Origin: Nostoc sp.
GTDB lineage: Bacteria; Cyanobacteriota; Cyanobacteriia; Cyanobacteriales; Nostocaceae
Length of the DNA: 64,000 bases
Reading direction: 5' to 3'
NCBI GenBank assembly: GCA_036918135.1
Contig: JBALDB010000015.1
Location: forward strand, 64,001-128,000
Shown here piece by piece: positions 52,695 to 62,372 of the stretch. Under the pieces are notes generated by a model. That model was not told the origin of the DNA. It was given only the letters and a program-made list of their open reading frames with translations, and searched no databases. Every line of letters starts with the position of its first letter. The first letter of the stretch is position 1. The position numbers and the translations under genes were made by a program.

Positions 52695-54203
52695 TTATAA
52701 CGGTAACTTGACGGTAAAGGTAGTTCCTTGTCCAACGCCAAGACTAGCAACTTCGATACAGCCGCCATGTAATTCAACCAGATGACGAGCGATTGCCAAA
52801 CCTAGTCCCAAACCACCTTGTTTGTGAGTGGAATGTCCTTGATAATAGCGTTCAAAGACGTAGGGTAGAAACTCTGGGCTGATGCCGATGCCTGTATCGC
52901 TAACTGTGATTTGGGTATGAGAGCCAGTGTGAAATAATCTAACTTCTACCCGTCCCCCTGAGGAGGTAAATTTAATAGCGTTTGAGAGTAAATTTCCTAA
53001 AACTTGCAGCAAACGGTTGATATCGCCGGAAATTGGGGGAATTGACCTGTCAGCTATGGACTCTAAACGAATATTCTTAGCGTTTGCCAATGGATAAGCA
53101 GTTTCTATTGCTGCGCCTATAATTACATCAAGATTAACTTGGCTCAGTTCAAGCTGTAACTTACCTTGAAGAATGCGGGATATATTAAGTAGGTCTTCGA
53201 GAAGTTTTTCCTGAGACCTAGCATTGCGTTCAATCGTTTCTAGAGCTTTAGCGAGGCTGGCTTCATCGAATTTGCGAGTCCGCAACAGTCGTACCCAGCC
53301 GAGAATGGCATTGAGTGGAGAGCGCAGGTCATGGGATACCATTGCGACAAACTCATCTTTAGTGCGGTTAGCAGACTCAGCTTGGGCGCGGGCGGCTTGT
53401 TCGAGTTGCAAAAGCCGATCGCGTTCGGCTTCTAAGTGTTTGCGATCGTCAATATCTGTACTCGTACCAAACCACTTAATAATACTTCCTTGTTCATCCT
53501 GAATGGGTACGCCTCGGACTAAATGCCAGGAATAGCTACCATCGCGTTTTTGATAGCGCATTTCCTGTTGATAAAGTTCCCCTGTTCGCAAGGCTTGAGT
53601 CCATCCTTGAATAGCTGCTTGGATATCGTCGGGATGGATAACTTTTATCCAACCAAACCCCATTGCCTCCTCAAGCGTTTGCCCAGTAAATTCATACCAG
53701 CGTAGATTGACATGCTCGCATTCACCATCACGATTGTAGATCCAGACAAGTTGTGGCATGGCATTGGATAAGTAGCGGTAGCGTTCCTCGCTGCGTTGTA
53801 GTTGCTGACTTAACTGAGTGTTTTTGATTGCTGAGTAGACAGTAGAATGCAAACGTTCTGCTGTTGTCTGTCCTTTAATCAGATAATCTTGAACGCCACT
53901 TTTCATCGCCTGAACAGCTATAGCCTCATTGCCATATCCCGTTAACATAATTACAGCTGGCATAGTTCCCTTTGACTGCTGCCGTAATTCTGCCAGAAAT
54001 TCTAATCCATCCATGTCTGGCAGCAGAAAGTCTAATAAAATTGCCTCAGGCTGCAACTGTTGACATAATGCCAATGCTTGTTCTCCCGATTCTTCTTCAA
54101 GAATTGTGTAGCTGCGTTCTTGGTCTTGCAGGAGATAGCGACAATAAACCTGTCGGTCTTCAGGAGAATCATCGATAATTAAAACGGTTAGCGGTTGTAC
54201 CAT
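52695..54203 (-). CDS. Hybrid sensor kinase (REC-PAS/PAC-HisKA-HATPase)
   Basis: N-terminal receiver (LLDFLLPDMDG), PAS (IHPDD), H-box SHDLRSPL, NLLSNAIKFT, DTGIGI, GLGLGL. Confidence 0.93.
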   Translation of the reverse strand: MVQPLTVLIIDDSPEDRQVYCRYLLQDQERSYTILEEESGEQALALCQQLQPEAILLDFLLPDMDGLEFLAELRQQSKGTMPAVIMLTGYGNEAIAVQAMKSGVQDYLIKGQTTAERLHSTVYSAIKNTQLSQQLQRSEERYRYLSNAMPQLVWIYNRDGECEHVNLRWYEFTGQTLEEAMGFGWIKVIHPDDIQAAIQGWTQALRTGELYQQEMRYQKRDGSYSWHLVRGVPIQDEQGSIIKWFGTSTDIDDRKHLEAERDRLLQLEQAARAQAESANRTKDEFVAMVSHDLRSPLNAILGWVRLLRTRKFDEASLAKALETIERNARSQEKLLEDLLNISRILQGKLQLELSQVNLDVIIGAAIETAYPLANAKNIRLESIADRSIPPISGDINRLLQVLGNLLSNAIKFTSSGGRVEVRLFHTGSHTQITVSDTGIGISPEFLPYVFERYYQGHSTHKQGGLGLGLAIARHLVELHGGCIEVASLGVGQGTTFTVKLPL

Positions 54204-54205
54204 GA

Positions 54206-54661
54206 CTACTTGCTAACAGTATCAGGAAGAATTACGATATCTAACCAATAAGTTATAAAACTTTGAATAGTTTGTACCAATCTGTTGATATCGATTGGTT
54301 TTAAAATATAACTAGCAATGCAATATCCGTAACATACTTCAATATCTCTAGGGTTAGAAGAAGTGGTAAATACAACCACTGGAATATTTTTCAGGTCTCG
54401 ATCCTGCTTGATTTGCTCTAAAACTTCTCGCCCATCGGTTCCTGGTAAATTTAGGTCGAGTAAAATAATTGAGGGACAAGGAAACTTCTGAGAATCAGTG
54501 TAGCGACCTGTGTGGTAAAGAAAGTCTAGCGCCTCATCGCCATCAGTACAGCGAAACACAGGATTGATCACAGCTTGTCGGCGCATGACTCGACATAAGG
54601 CTTCAAAGTCTTCATCGCTGTCTTCAATCACTAGCAAAGGTTGGGCGGTTTTGCCAATCAT
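54206..54661 (-). CDS. Phytochrome-associated single-domain response regulator (Rcp type)
   Basis: [32 protein letters not shown]; directly downstream of the phytochrome. Confidence 0.92.
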   Translation of the reverse strand: MIGKTAQPLLVIEDSDEDFEALCRVMRRQAVINPVFRCTDGDEALDFLYHTGRYTDSQKFPCPSIILLDLNLPGTDGREVLEQIKQDRDLKNIPVVVFTTSSNPRDIEVCYGYCIASYILKPIDINRLVQTIQSFITYWLDIVILPDTVSK

Positions 54662-54666
54662 TCAGT

Positions 54667-56928
54667 TCAGTCTCCTGCTCCTAATGTGAAATAAAAGGTA
54701 CTACCTTCACCGTAGGTTGACTCCACCCAGATTTTACCGCCATGTCGCTCGACAATTTTTTTCGTAATCGTTAATCCCGCCCCTGTACCACCGCCATATT
54801 TGTTTGGCCCGTGTAGCCGTTTGAAGATGCGGAAAATTGCTTCAAAGTGTTTTTCTCGAATCCCAATGCCGTTATCTCGGACGTAGAATGTAACTGGTAT
54901 CGGTGAAGCGGCTTCAATATAACCAATTTCAATCCATTTTTGGGGTTTGTCGTTGTATTTAATAGCATTGGCAATCAGATTGTTAAAGACTTCACCTACT
55001 TGGACGCGATCGCAATACACTGTTGGTAGCAATCTAGGAATACGAATTTCTACCCCCATCTCCTCAATTCGGGCGCTCAACAAGTCTAAATTTCGCTCTA
55101 CAAGGCTATTAATATCACTCTGCTGCATAGAAAGATCCACTCTTCCCAAGCGGGAAAAATGTAGCAGCGAATCAATTAAATCTTCCATGCGTTGAGTCAA
55201 ACGAATCAGAGTTCTTAATTTTTGCGTACCTTCTTCGTTAAGAATGTCGCCGTAGTCTTCAATCAGAAAATTAGAATAATTATGAATACCGCGCAGTGGT
55301 TCTTTCAAATCATGAGAAGCAATGTAGGCAAAGGCATCTAATTCATTGTTGCTGCGTTCTAGTTCAATATTGAGCTGCGCTAGTTCATCTGCTTTTCGGA
55401 ACACCACACCAATAATAGCGTTTCTCAACTCCAGTGCTGCATTTACTTCACAAGGTTTCCAACTCAGAGATTTTAATCGTACCGTTTCTTTCCATAACTC
55501 AAACGATTTCCGAGGTGATAGACGCATACTGCCGTTTCCCGTTACTTCTACAGGCTTATTTGGGTTACCTCCCCAATTAACAGTTCGCACTTCCTCTGGG
55601 CGAAACCACAAAATATAGTTTTTTTGAATTTTGGAAAATGAAAGCGCCATCAAGCCACTAGCTACATCCCCAAATTTTTCTGCATCTGGATAAACTTGTG
55701 ATAGCGAATCGGTATAAAAAATTTCTTCGTGGACGTTTTGAGAAATCCACTCGATTAAATTTTGAATCTCTTGTTTTTCGGGAGTGTTACCAATTGAAAA
55801 ATATTCCTTTTCAAAATATACTACTGCTCCTTGGGCATTAACAAGCTCGAGGAGATTCGGTTGATTTTGAATTAAACCTTCAATAAAGTTATTTCCTGCT
55901 GATATATATTCTATTAACTTGCTATAAACTGATTTTAAATGTATTTTATATTCACTATCTTCGCTATCCTCTTTTGCACTCAGTTCTACAGATGTAATTT
56001 GTCCTAAAAATTCACAGGCATTACGAATTTCATATGGAACATATTTAGGTGATTGATGATGGCAGGCAATTAATCCCCATAATTTTTGATTTTTCATAAT
56101 AGAAATTGACATTGATGCCGTTACGCCCATATTATGCATATACTCAACATGTAAACGCGAAACACTCCGCAACACCGAGTTACTTAAATCTAAGGGCTGC
56201 CCAGTTAAAGGATTATTTGCAGGCAAAATTGCTGCTGGTTGATAATCAAAATTAGGTATTAGCCTCAGCCAATTTTCGCTGTAAAGTTGTCTAGCTTGTA
56301 TGGGAATATCCGAAGCTGGATAATGTAAGCCTAAATAAGATGTAAGATATTCTGGCTTTTCTTCAGCAATTACTATGCCATTCCAGTCCTCATCAAAGCG
56401 ATAGACCATTACCCGTTCAAAACCAGTAATATTTTTAACTTCTTGAGCAAGAATTTGACTTAATTCTATAACACCCGATGTCATTTGTAATTTAGAGATA
56501 GCTTGTTTAACTAGATGATAAAATTTAAAGTATGTGTTACTTTTTTCGGAAAATATAGGTTCTAACTCTAAAATTAAAATAGTGTTGGAACGATGAAGAA
56601 TTACATCAAAATATAAATTTTTATCGTCAAAGTTAATTGTAAATTCTAAAGGATTAACAAATTTTAAATTTTCTTGAGATAAACAATCTATTAAAAAATT
56701 AAGTTGCTCGGTTTCCAAAAAATTACTTAAAGGTTGATTGAGCAAATTTTCCGGATTTACGCCAAATAAATAAGAAGTATTATTACTACATTGGAGGATA
56801 GTTAACTCTGGTTCTTTTAATGCCAAAAGAACTCCATGAGGTTGAATAAAGCTAGGAATATGAATGGGTTCTCGATCGCAATTGCTAAGGTCAACTTTAA
56901 AGGGAATGGTAATATCGTTATTGTTCAC
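54667..56928 (-). CDS. Bacteriophytochrome-type photoreceptor kinase (PAS-GAF-PHY-HK; CphB/AphB-like)
   Basis: CDREPIHIP with N-terminal Cys, PASDIP, LWGLIACHH, WFRPE, PRKSF, ASHDLKEPLR. Leu replaces the GAF Cys of Cph1-type proteins (SRLH). Confidence 0.93.
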   Translation of the reverse strand: MNNNDITIPFKVDLSNCDREPIHIPSFIQPHGVLLALKEPELTILQCSNNTSYLFGVNPENLLNQPLSNFLETEQLNFLIDCLSQENLKFVNPLEFTINFDDKNLYFDVILHRSNTILILELEPIFSEKSNTYFKFYHLVKQAISKLQMTSGVIELSQILAQEVKNITGFERVMVYRFDEDWNGIVIAEEKPEYLTSYLGLHYPASDIPIQARQLYSENWLRLIPNFDYQPAAILPANNPLTGQPLDLSNSVLRSVSRLHVEYMHNMGVTASMSISIMKNQKLWGLIACHHQSPKYVPYEIRNACEFLGQITSVELSAKEDSEDSEYKIHLKSVYSKLIEYISAGNNFIEGLIQNQPNLLELVNAQGAVVYFEKEYFSIGNTPEKQEIQNLIEWISQNVHEEIFYTDSLSQVYPDAEKFGDVASGLMALSFSKIQKNYILWFRPEEVRTVNWGGNPNKPVEVTGNGSMRLSPRKSFELWKETVRLKSLSWKPCEVNAALELRNAIIGVVFRKADELAQLNIELERSNNELDAFAYIASHDLKEPLRGIHNYSNFLIEDYGDILNEEGTQKLRTLIRLTQRMEDLIDSLLHFSRLGRVDLSMQQSDINSLVERNLDLLSARIEEMGVEIRIPRLLPTVYCDRVQVGEVFNNLIANAIKYNDKPQKWIEIGYIEAASPIPVTFYVRDNGIGIREKHFEAIFRIFKRLHGPNKYGGGTGAGLTITKKIVERHGGKIWVESTYGEGSTFYFTLGAGD

Positions 56929-57465
56929 GTTTTAGTACCAATAAGAAGTAGTGTGCTTGAGTAATGTTGGATCTCAAATTAAAAGGATATTTTAAAAGTT
57001 TTCGTTGACGAATCAAACATTTTATATTTTTCTAAATCCTCCTAAAAAACGAAGACTTGGAAAAATAAAATTTACCACTGTCATAAAGTGGCTTAAATCA
57101 TTATTAAAGAAGGTTAGAGAGATATACATATAATCTAATACTTGCAAACATCCTTTGAGATAGTCTTTAATTTCTTTATAAAAATTTTGTTTTCATCTAT
57201 TTAAAGAATTTTAAAAAAGTGTTAAGATAAAAATCTTGCAATCATATTTTCTCATGAAACTGCTATTTAGGAAAATGAAAATTATTTATGTCAATCAATA
57301 TTGACATTCACAGAATTTGCTCTAAGCAAGAAGATAAATGTTAAAAAAATAGGAGTAAATTGAATTAATAGCTAAAACAGTTGAATTATTTTCTAAAAAA
57401 CTAGACGCGATCGCAGTAAAATTACCAATGATGTAGTCACTGAGAAAATAAAACAAGCAGGTGAT

Positions 57466-57728
57466 TATAGTAATCCGCTTTGATTTTTGAACTTACTTGG
57501 CTTCGTAGGGAGAAGCCACTGTGATATTGGAGTCTCCCCAAGTCGAAGGGGTAGTGCATACAAAGGGGTTCCCACACCAGTTACTACAACTCTTGGAACC
57601 CTAAGGGCGGATTAGTTCCCCACGAGCAATTGCCGTCAAGTGGCGTTAGGGAGTAGAGAGTAGAGAATAGGGAAGAACCCTTTTCAAGTTATACCTAGCG
57701 AGAGCAAAAATTAAAAAGGAGTCCTATA
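57466..57728. mobile_element. MITE-like element carrying nested short repeats
   Basis: Imperfect inverted ends TATAGTAATCCGCTTTGATTTTTG ... CAAAAATTAAAAAGGAGTCCTATA; a shorter related copy lies at about 5266-5370 on the opposite strand. Confidence 0.6.
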
Positions 57729-57766
57729 GTAATAATTTTTATTTTATCAACGTTAATGGACATGTT

Positions 57767-58171
57767 ATGGAACCTCCTCTCCCTCTTGTTGGCTTAGACA
57801 TCCTCGTCGTTGATGATGATGATGATAGTCGTTTTTACATTACAACTGTATTAGAAGCAGATGGAGCAACCATCACAGCAGTTGCATCGGCAGCAGACGC
57901 ATTGAAAGTACTACCCGAATTGCAGCCTGATATCTTGATATGCGATATTGCTATGCCTAGTGAAGATGGCTATACCCTCATCCGCAAAATCCGGGCGCTC
58001 AAACCAGATATTTATAGCAAACTCCCTGCCATCGCGTTAACCGCCTATGGCGATCGCGAGTATCGTAACATCGCCTTAGAAGCAGGCTTTCAGATTCATG
58101 TCGCTAAACCAATCGATCCAGCAGAACTAGTTGCAGTCGTCACAAATTTAGTTGCTTCTTATAAAAGTTAA
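57767..58171 (+). CDS. Stand-alone response regulator receiver
   Basis: ILVVDDD, ICDIAMP.EDGY, AIALTAY, HVAKP. Confidence 0.92.
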   Translation: MEPPLPLVGLDILVVDDDDDSRFYITTVLEADGATITAVASAADALKVLPELQPDILICDIAMPSEDGYTLIRKIRALKPDIYSKLPAIALTAYGDREYRNIALEAGFQIHVAKPIDPAELVAVVTNLVASYKS

Positions 58172-58715
58172 TACAAAATATTGTCATTGTCTAAATAGGG
58201 CATTGGGAGTACTGAGTTAAGAGCCTTGGCCAAGACGTTTGAGTTGCTTCGGTTGAAAATTAAGAGTATTCTCCCCCTGCTTCCCCTACCTCAAGAACTC
58301 CCTCATCCCTAACTCTCAAAACACCGCCAGAAGCGATTGCATATGAGTTAATCACACTGGACAGAAGTAGCGATTGCATGAATTACTTCTGGTGCGATCG
58401 CCATTCGATCTACCAACCAAGGTAAATTCTCTTTTAGGGACTGACAAATAAAAAAATATTCCACTGTTCACAGTCAATTGATATTAATAATTTGCTTAGT
58501 TACAGGTACAATACTCCTCCGATAAACTACTTTTTATCAACTTGTTCTAACTGACTAAAGTCATCCACTGACGTTTTTAATTATCTTAACTACCTTAGTG
58601 CGTCTTACTTTGTTAGCATCCATCCCATCTGTAATTTGTTAATTGACCAAGTACTAACCCTGACTACTAATTCCAGTAACATTAGTATTTATCAACAAGT
58701 TTCAATACAAAGCTA

Positions 58716-59069
58716 ATGTCTTCAACTCCTCTAACACTCAATTTAATTGAAGGTTCTGTCTCTTTCAGTTTTTCACCTCAAGCAGCACGAGAATTGAAAG
58801 CAGCAATAGATCGGTTAATGGAACGCTTAAAAGCTGTCGCTGCTAAACCCACTCCTGGCGGTGGTAAAGCGACTCCCCAACCTCCCCTGGAATATCGTTA
58901 CACTGGCGAAGTCTTTTTAGAAGTTTTCTGTAATCCTAATATTTGGCCAAGTCCCTTCGCAGCTAAAGTTCTGTTAACTGTCCGCAACATCAACATCCGC
59001 GTAACTACAGAAGCCGAATTGACTCGGATCGTTGATGATATTAATCAATATTTAGATCAAGTGGGATGA
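58716..59069 (+). CDS. Conserved cyanobacterial hypothetical protein
   Basis: Clean 117-aa ORF (FLEVFCNPNIWPSPFAAKVL) bounded by repeat DNA; function unknown. Confidence 0.8.
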   Translation: MSSTPLTLNLIEGSVSFSFSPQAARELKAAIDRLMERLKAVAAKPTPGGGKATPQPPLEYRYTGEVFLEVFCNPNIWPSPFAAKVLLTVRNINIRVTTEAELTRIVDDINQYLDQVG

Positions 59070-59168
59070 GGGAGATGAGGAGATGGGGAGGCAGGAGGAG
59101 AATAACTCTTAACTCTTTACTCCTAACTCTTCACTCTCAATGCCTAATGCCTCATGCCTAATTTATAT

Positions 59169-59211
59169 AAAAATTACCGGAGCAGTTCAGCGTTGGGAAC
59201 CACCCCGGTAA
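59169..59211 (-). terminator. Intrinsic terminator on the minus strand
   Basis: Minus strand reads TTACCGGGGTGGTTC-loop-GAACTGCTCCGGTAA-TTTTT; three G-U pairs work only on this strand. Confidence 0.7.
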
Positions 59212-59458
59212 GAGAATTTACATACTAGACTCAAGTTGTAGCACCAGCTATATTAAGTTCTGATGCCTAAATCCCCTGAAAACTTGTATAAATGTAAGAC
59301 TCTAATTTTTCCGTATTAATCAACAAAGCAAGATTTTGCATCGGGCAATGCTTACCAAAAGCCAGAGATTATCCCCTTGATTGGACGTCAAATCGTTAAT
59401 TGTGGAATCCACATATCGAAAATAAACTCCCAATCTCAAACCCGAAATTAAACATCGA

Positions 59459-59695
59459 TCAGTCGTTATCCCATTGTTCACGACCAATTAAATCACCAAT
59501 GCGATCGCGTAACAAAAAATCACATTTTTCTAATTCACATTCAACGCAAACCCACTCTCTCGCTGGGATGTATTGGCAGAGTGTATATATTGGCTGCTGT
59601 CGGCTGACCATTCCCTTTTGCACTAGTCGACGTGCTTCGTCTTGGATCACATCCAGAGAGTAGTAATTAATAGAAGGCACCGTATTCACACTCAT
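59459..59695 (-). CDS. DUF4327 family protein
   Basis: YSLDVIQDEARRLV.KG.VSRQQPIYTLC.YIPAREW...ELE..DFLLRDRI.DL..E.W.ND. Confidence 0.88.
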   Translation of the reverse strand: MSVNTVPSINYYSLDVIQDEARRLVQKGMVSRQQPIYTLCQYIPAREWVCVECELEKCDFLLRDRIGDLIGREQWDND

Positions 59696-59724
59696 GGTTT
59701 TTACTCACAAATTAACACTTAGAT

Positions 59725-59733
59725 AGTGTTCCC
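59725..59733 (-). promoter_or_regulatory. Candidate SigJ/SigF-type extended -10 box upstream of the DUF4327 gene
   Basis: GGGAACACT on the minus strand, about 30 nt before the ATG; resembles the GGGAATACT J-box as I recall it. Confidence 0.5.
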
Positions 59734-60368
59734 GTTAGCTATCAGGAACAAACATGACAGGGATTTTACTTGTGGCTAGGGTTTTGTAGTTTGCTATACG
59801 GAACTAATTTAATTTTGACGCTACATAACCTGAAATTATCTCAAGAAATGTTAAGAAAGTCAACAAAAGCTGACATTGCCAAAAAATATGCTTCACAAAA
59901 CAATGTCAAACTAGCTAACCAAGCGTGCTGTTTTGGTTATGTAACTTTTATTCAACAGGTCTTTATGTTTTGCCCTTAGTGGCTTGAGGCATGATTTGGT
60001 TGGTGAGAAGAGTAGACACGATCGCTCAGATATTAAATAATCACCTTAAAGCTGTATCTAGAAGTGTTGGTATCTATCTCAAGGTAAATAAGATAAGAAT
60101 ATTAGCCAGCAACTAGGGTATAAACTATGGCAAAACTAACGGCTAAGTTACACTATCAAGACTTTTAGGCTACTAGATGTTAACAATTTCTTAAACAAAT
60201 CTGTAACTACTTGGTTAATTTCAGCGATGACAGTACATGGTTTTTTTGGAGCGACATCTGTAGAAGGGTGGAGTAATGCAATTTCTCTAAATGGAAAGAT
60301 AAGCGACGCGGTGAATGACAAATTATATGTAACTACCGATGGCTGAATTAGCTTATGGTTATATTAAA

Positions 60369-60393
60369 ACAGACGCGATTAGATCGCGTCTGT
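60369..60393. repeat. REP-like hairpin downstream of rbfA
   Basis: ACAGACGCGAT-TAG-ATCGCGTCTGT. Confidence 0.75.
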
Positions 60394-60454
60394 AAAGTGT
60401 TTGGCGGATTTACTGAGGTCAATTGTTCTGAAGTGACATTGTTATTTAAGTTAC

Positions 60455-60874
60455 TTATTCTGAGAATTCCTCGTCATCCGGGTCTGTGCTGTCTTCTACT
60501 GCTATGGGATTTTCTGGCGATCGCTGATTGTTGATCTGGTTTAATAGTGCCAGTACCCTATTACCACGTTCTATGGAGCGATCTTCTATAAACACTACCT
60601 CTGGTGTACGACGTAGCCGTACCCTAGCACCAAGTTCGCTGCGGACATAACCCGTGGCTGACTTTAAACCCGCCATTGTTTGTGCTTTAGCTTCATCTGT
60701 ACCATAAATACTGACGTAGATTTTAGCGTGTTGGAGATCGCCAGAAACATCAACATCAGTAACACTTACCATTCCTGTACCTACACGGTCATCCTTAATA
60801 CCGTTGAGCAGCATTTGGCTAACTTCCCGTTTAATCAGTTCAGCAACACGGGAAACGCGGCGATTTGTAGCCAT
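60455..60874 (-). CDS. rbfA: 30S ribosome-binding factor RbfA
   Basis: [51 protein letters not shown]. Confidence 0.97.
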   Translation of the reverse strand: MATNRRVSRVAELIKREVSQMLLNGIKDDRVGTGMVSVTDVDVSGDLQHAKIYVSIYGTDEAKAQTMAGLKSATGYVRSELGARVRLRRTPEVVFIEDRSIERGNRVLALLNQINNQRSPENPIAVEDSTDPDDEEFSE

Positions 60875-61002
60875 AAAAGTTTAGCCTCCTGACAGAGGTT
60901 GTACGACATAAATATAAACCCAAATTGGGTAGATAGTAACTAGCGTATAGCAAGTAACGCCAATAACTGTCTTTCGGGCACAAGCCACTGCATTGCTCCA
61001 GT

Positions 61003-61209
61003 CTAGATTGTACTCAAGCCCAGCATTGCACGTAAGGTAAGAGTAACAAACACCAAACTGCCGACAAACAAACCCAAAAGAGCAATTAAGGTGATTGGGC
61101 GTTTCAGCAGTGGTACTAATGGCGCAAAGGTGTTGAGAAATACCCCTAAGAGGACAGTAATAAAGTAGCGGGGGTAGCGAAAGACGTTATCCCAAAATCC
61201 ATCAAACAT
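61003..61209 (-). CDS. DUF751 family small membrane protein
   Basis: FWDNVFRYPRYFI...TLRAMLG; adjacent to rbfA. Confidence 0.88.
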   Translation of the reverse strand: MFDGFWDNVFRYPRYFITVLLGVFLNTFAPLVPLLKRPITLIALLGLFVGSLVFVTLTLRAMLGLSTI

Positions 61210-61374
61210 TTGAATGTAAACTGCCTTGTTATAAACTTACGTTTGTTTTGATATGCTTTATCTACATCAATTGTAATCTATGCAGTTGGAAAATTACCCA
61301 GTTAATATAAAATACGGTTCGTCAGTTATATTAACTATATTTAGTCGCAATTATTTACGTAAAATTTTAGGTAA

Positions 61375-62274
61375 ATGGTTATTCAAATCCCCAAAGAAAG
61401 TAGTCCGCGTCCATTTTTAAAGTGGGCAGGGGGTAAAACTAAGTTGATTCAGCAATATATTCCTTATTTTCCAAAGCATTATCAGACTTATTATGAACCA
61501 TTTTTAGGTGGTGGTGCTGTGTTTTTCTATCTTCAACCAAATACAGCTATTTTAACTGATATTAACGCTGAGTTAGTTAATACTTATTGCTGCGTTCGAG
61601 ATAGCGTTGATGAATTAATATTACTTCTGAAAGAACATAAAAAGCGACATAATAGAGATTATTATTATAATGTCAGGAATAACTCTAATGGTACTAATTT
61701 AGAAAAAGCTGCTCGTTTAATTTATTTAAATAAAACCTGTTTTAATGGTCTTTATCGAGTCAATTCACAGGGGAATTTCAATGTTCCATTAGGCAGATAT
61801 GAAAATCCTAACATCTGTCCGGAAAATTTACTGAAATTAGCCTCTACAGTACTTTCTCAGGTAGAAATTCACCAGGCAGATTTTACAGAAGTACTAAATC
61901 ATGCTACTAGCAGTGATGACTTTGTATTTTTCGATCCGCCTTACCACCCTATTAGTGACAGTAGCTATTTTACTGCTTATAATCAAAATTGTTTTACTAA
62001 AAAAGACCAAGAACTTTTGAGAGATACTTGTGCAGAGTTAGCAAGTCGTGGTGTCAAAGTTATGGTATGTAATTCTGATAGTGAATTTATCAGAAAAATT
62101 TATACTGATATTAATTTTGAAACACACACAATCAAAGCAGCGCGTTCAATTAACTCGAATAGCAAAAATCGAGGTATGATTGACGAACTATTAATTACAT
62201 CTTTTGATAATAAAGAAGTCAGGAGTCAAAATTCAGAAATTAGTATGAGTTATATACAATTAAGCAGTGAATAA
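61375..62274 (+). CDS. dam: Dam-family (D12 class) N6-adenine DNA methyltransferase, probably GATC-specific (DmtA-like)
   Basis: PFLKWAGGK, EPFLGGGAV, YLNKTCFNGLYRVN..G.FNVP.G, DPPY, ELLI. Confidence 0.92.
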   Translation: MVIQIPKESSPRPFLKWAGGKTKLIQQYIPYFPKHYQTYYEPFLGGGAVFFYLQPNTAILTDINAELVNTYCCVRDSVDELILLLKEHKKRHNRDYYYNVRNNSNGTNLEKAARLIYLNKTCFNGLYRVNSQGNFNVPLGRYENPNICPENLLKLASTVLSQVEIHQADFTEVLNHATSSDDFVFFDPPYHPISDSSYFTAYNQNCFTKKDQELLRDTCAELASRGVKVMVCNSDSEFIRKIYTDINFETHTIKAARSINSNSKNRGMIDELLITSFDNKEVRSQNSEISMSYIQLSSE

Positions 62275-62372
62275 ATACGTTTAATTGTATCATTCAATCA
62301 AATATTTAGTAGTCAATAAAAAGTTGTATATTTCAATATAACAACTATTACATTCAATTTCAGAATTCTTAT

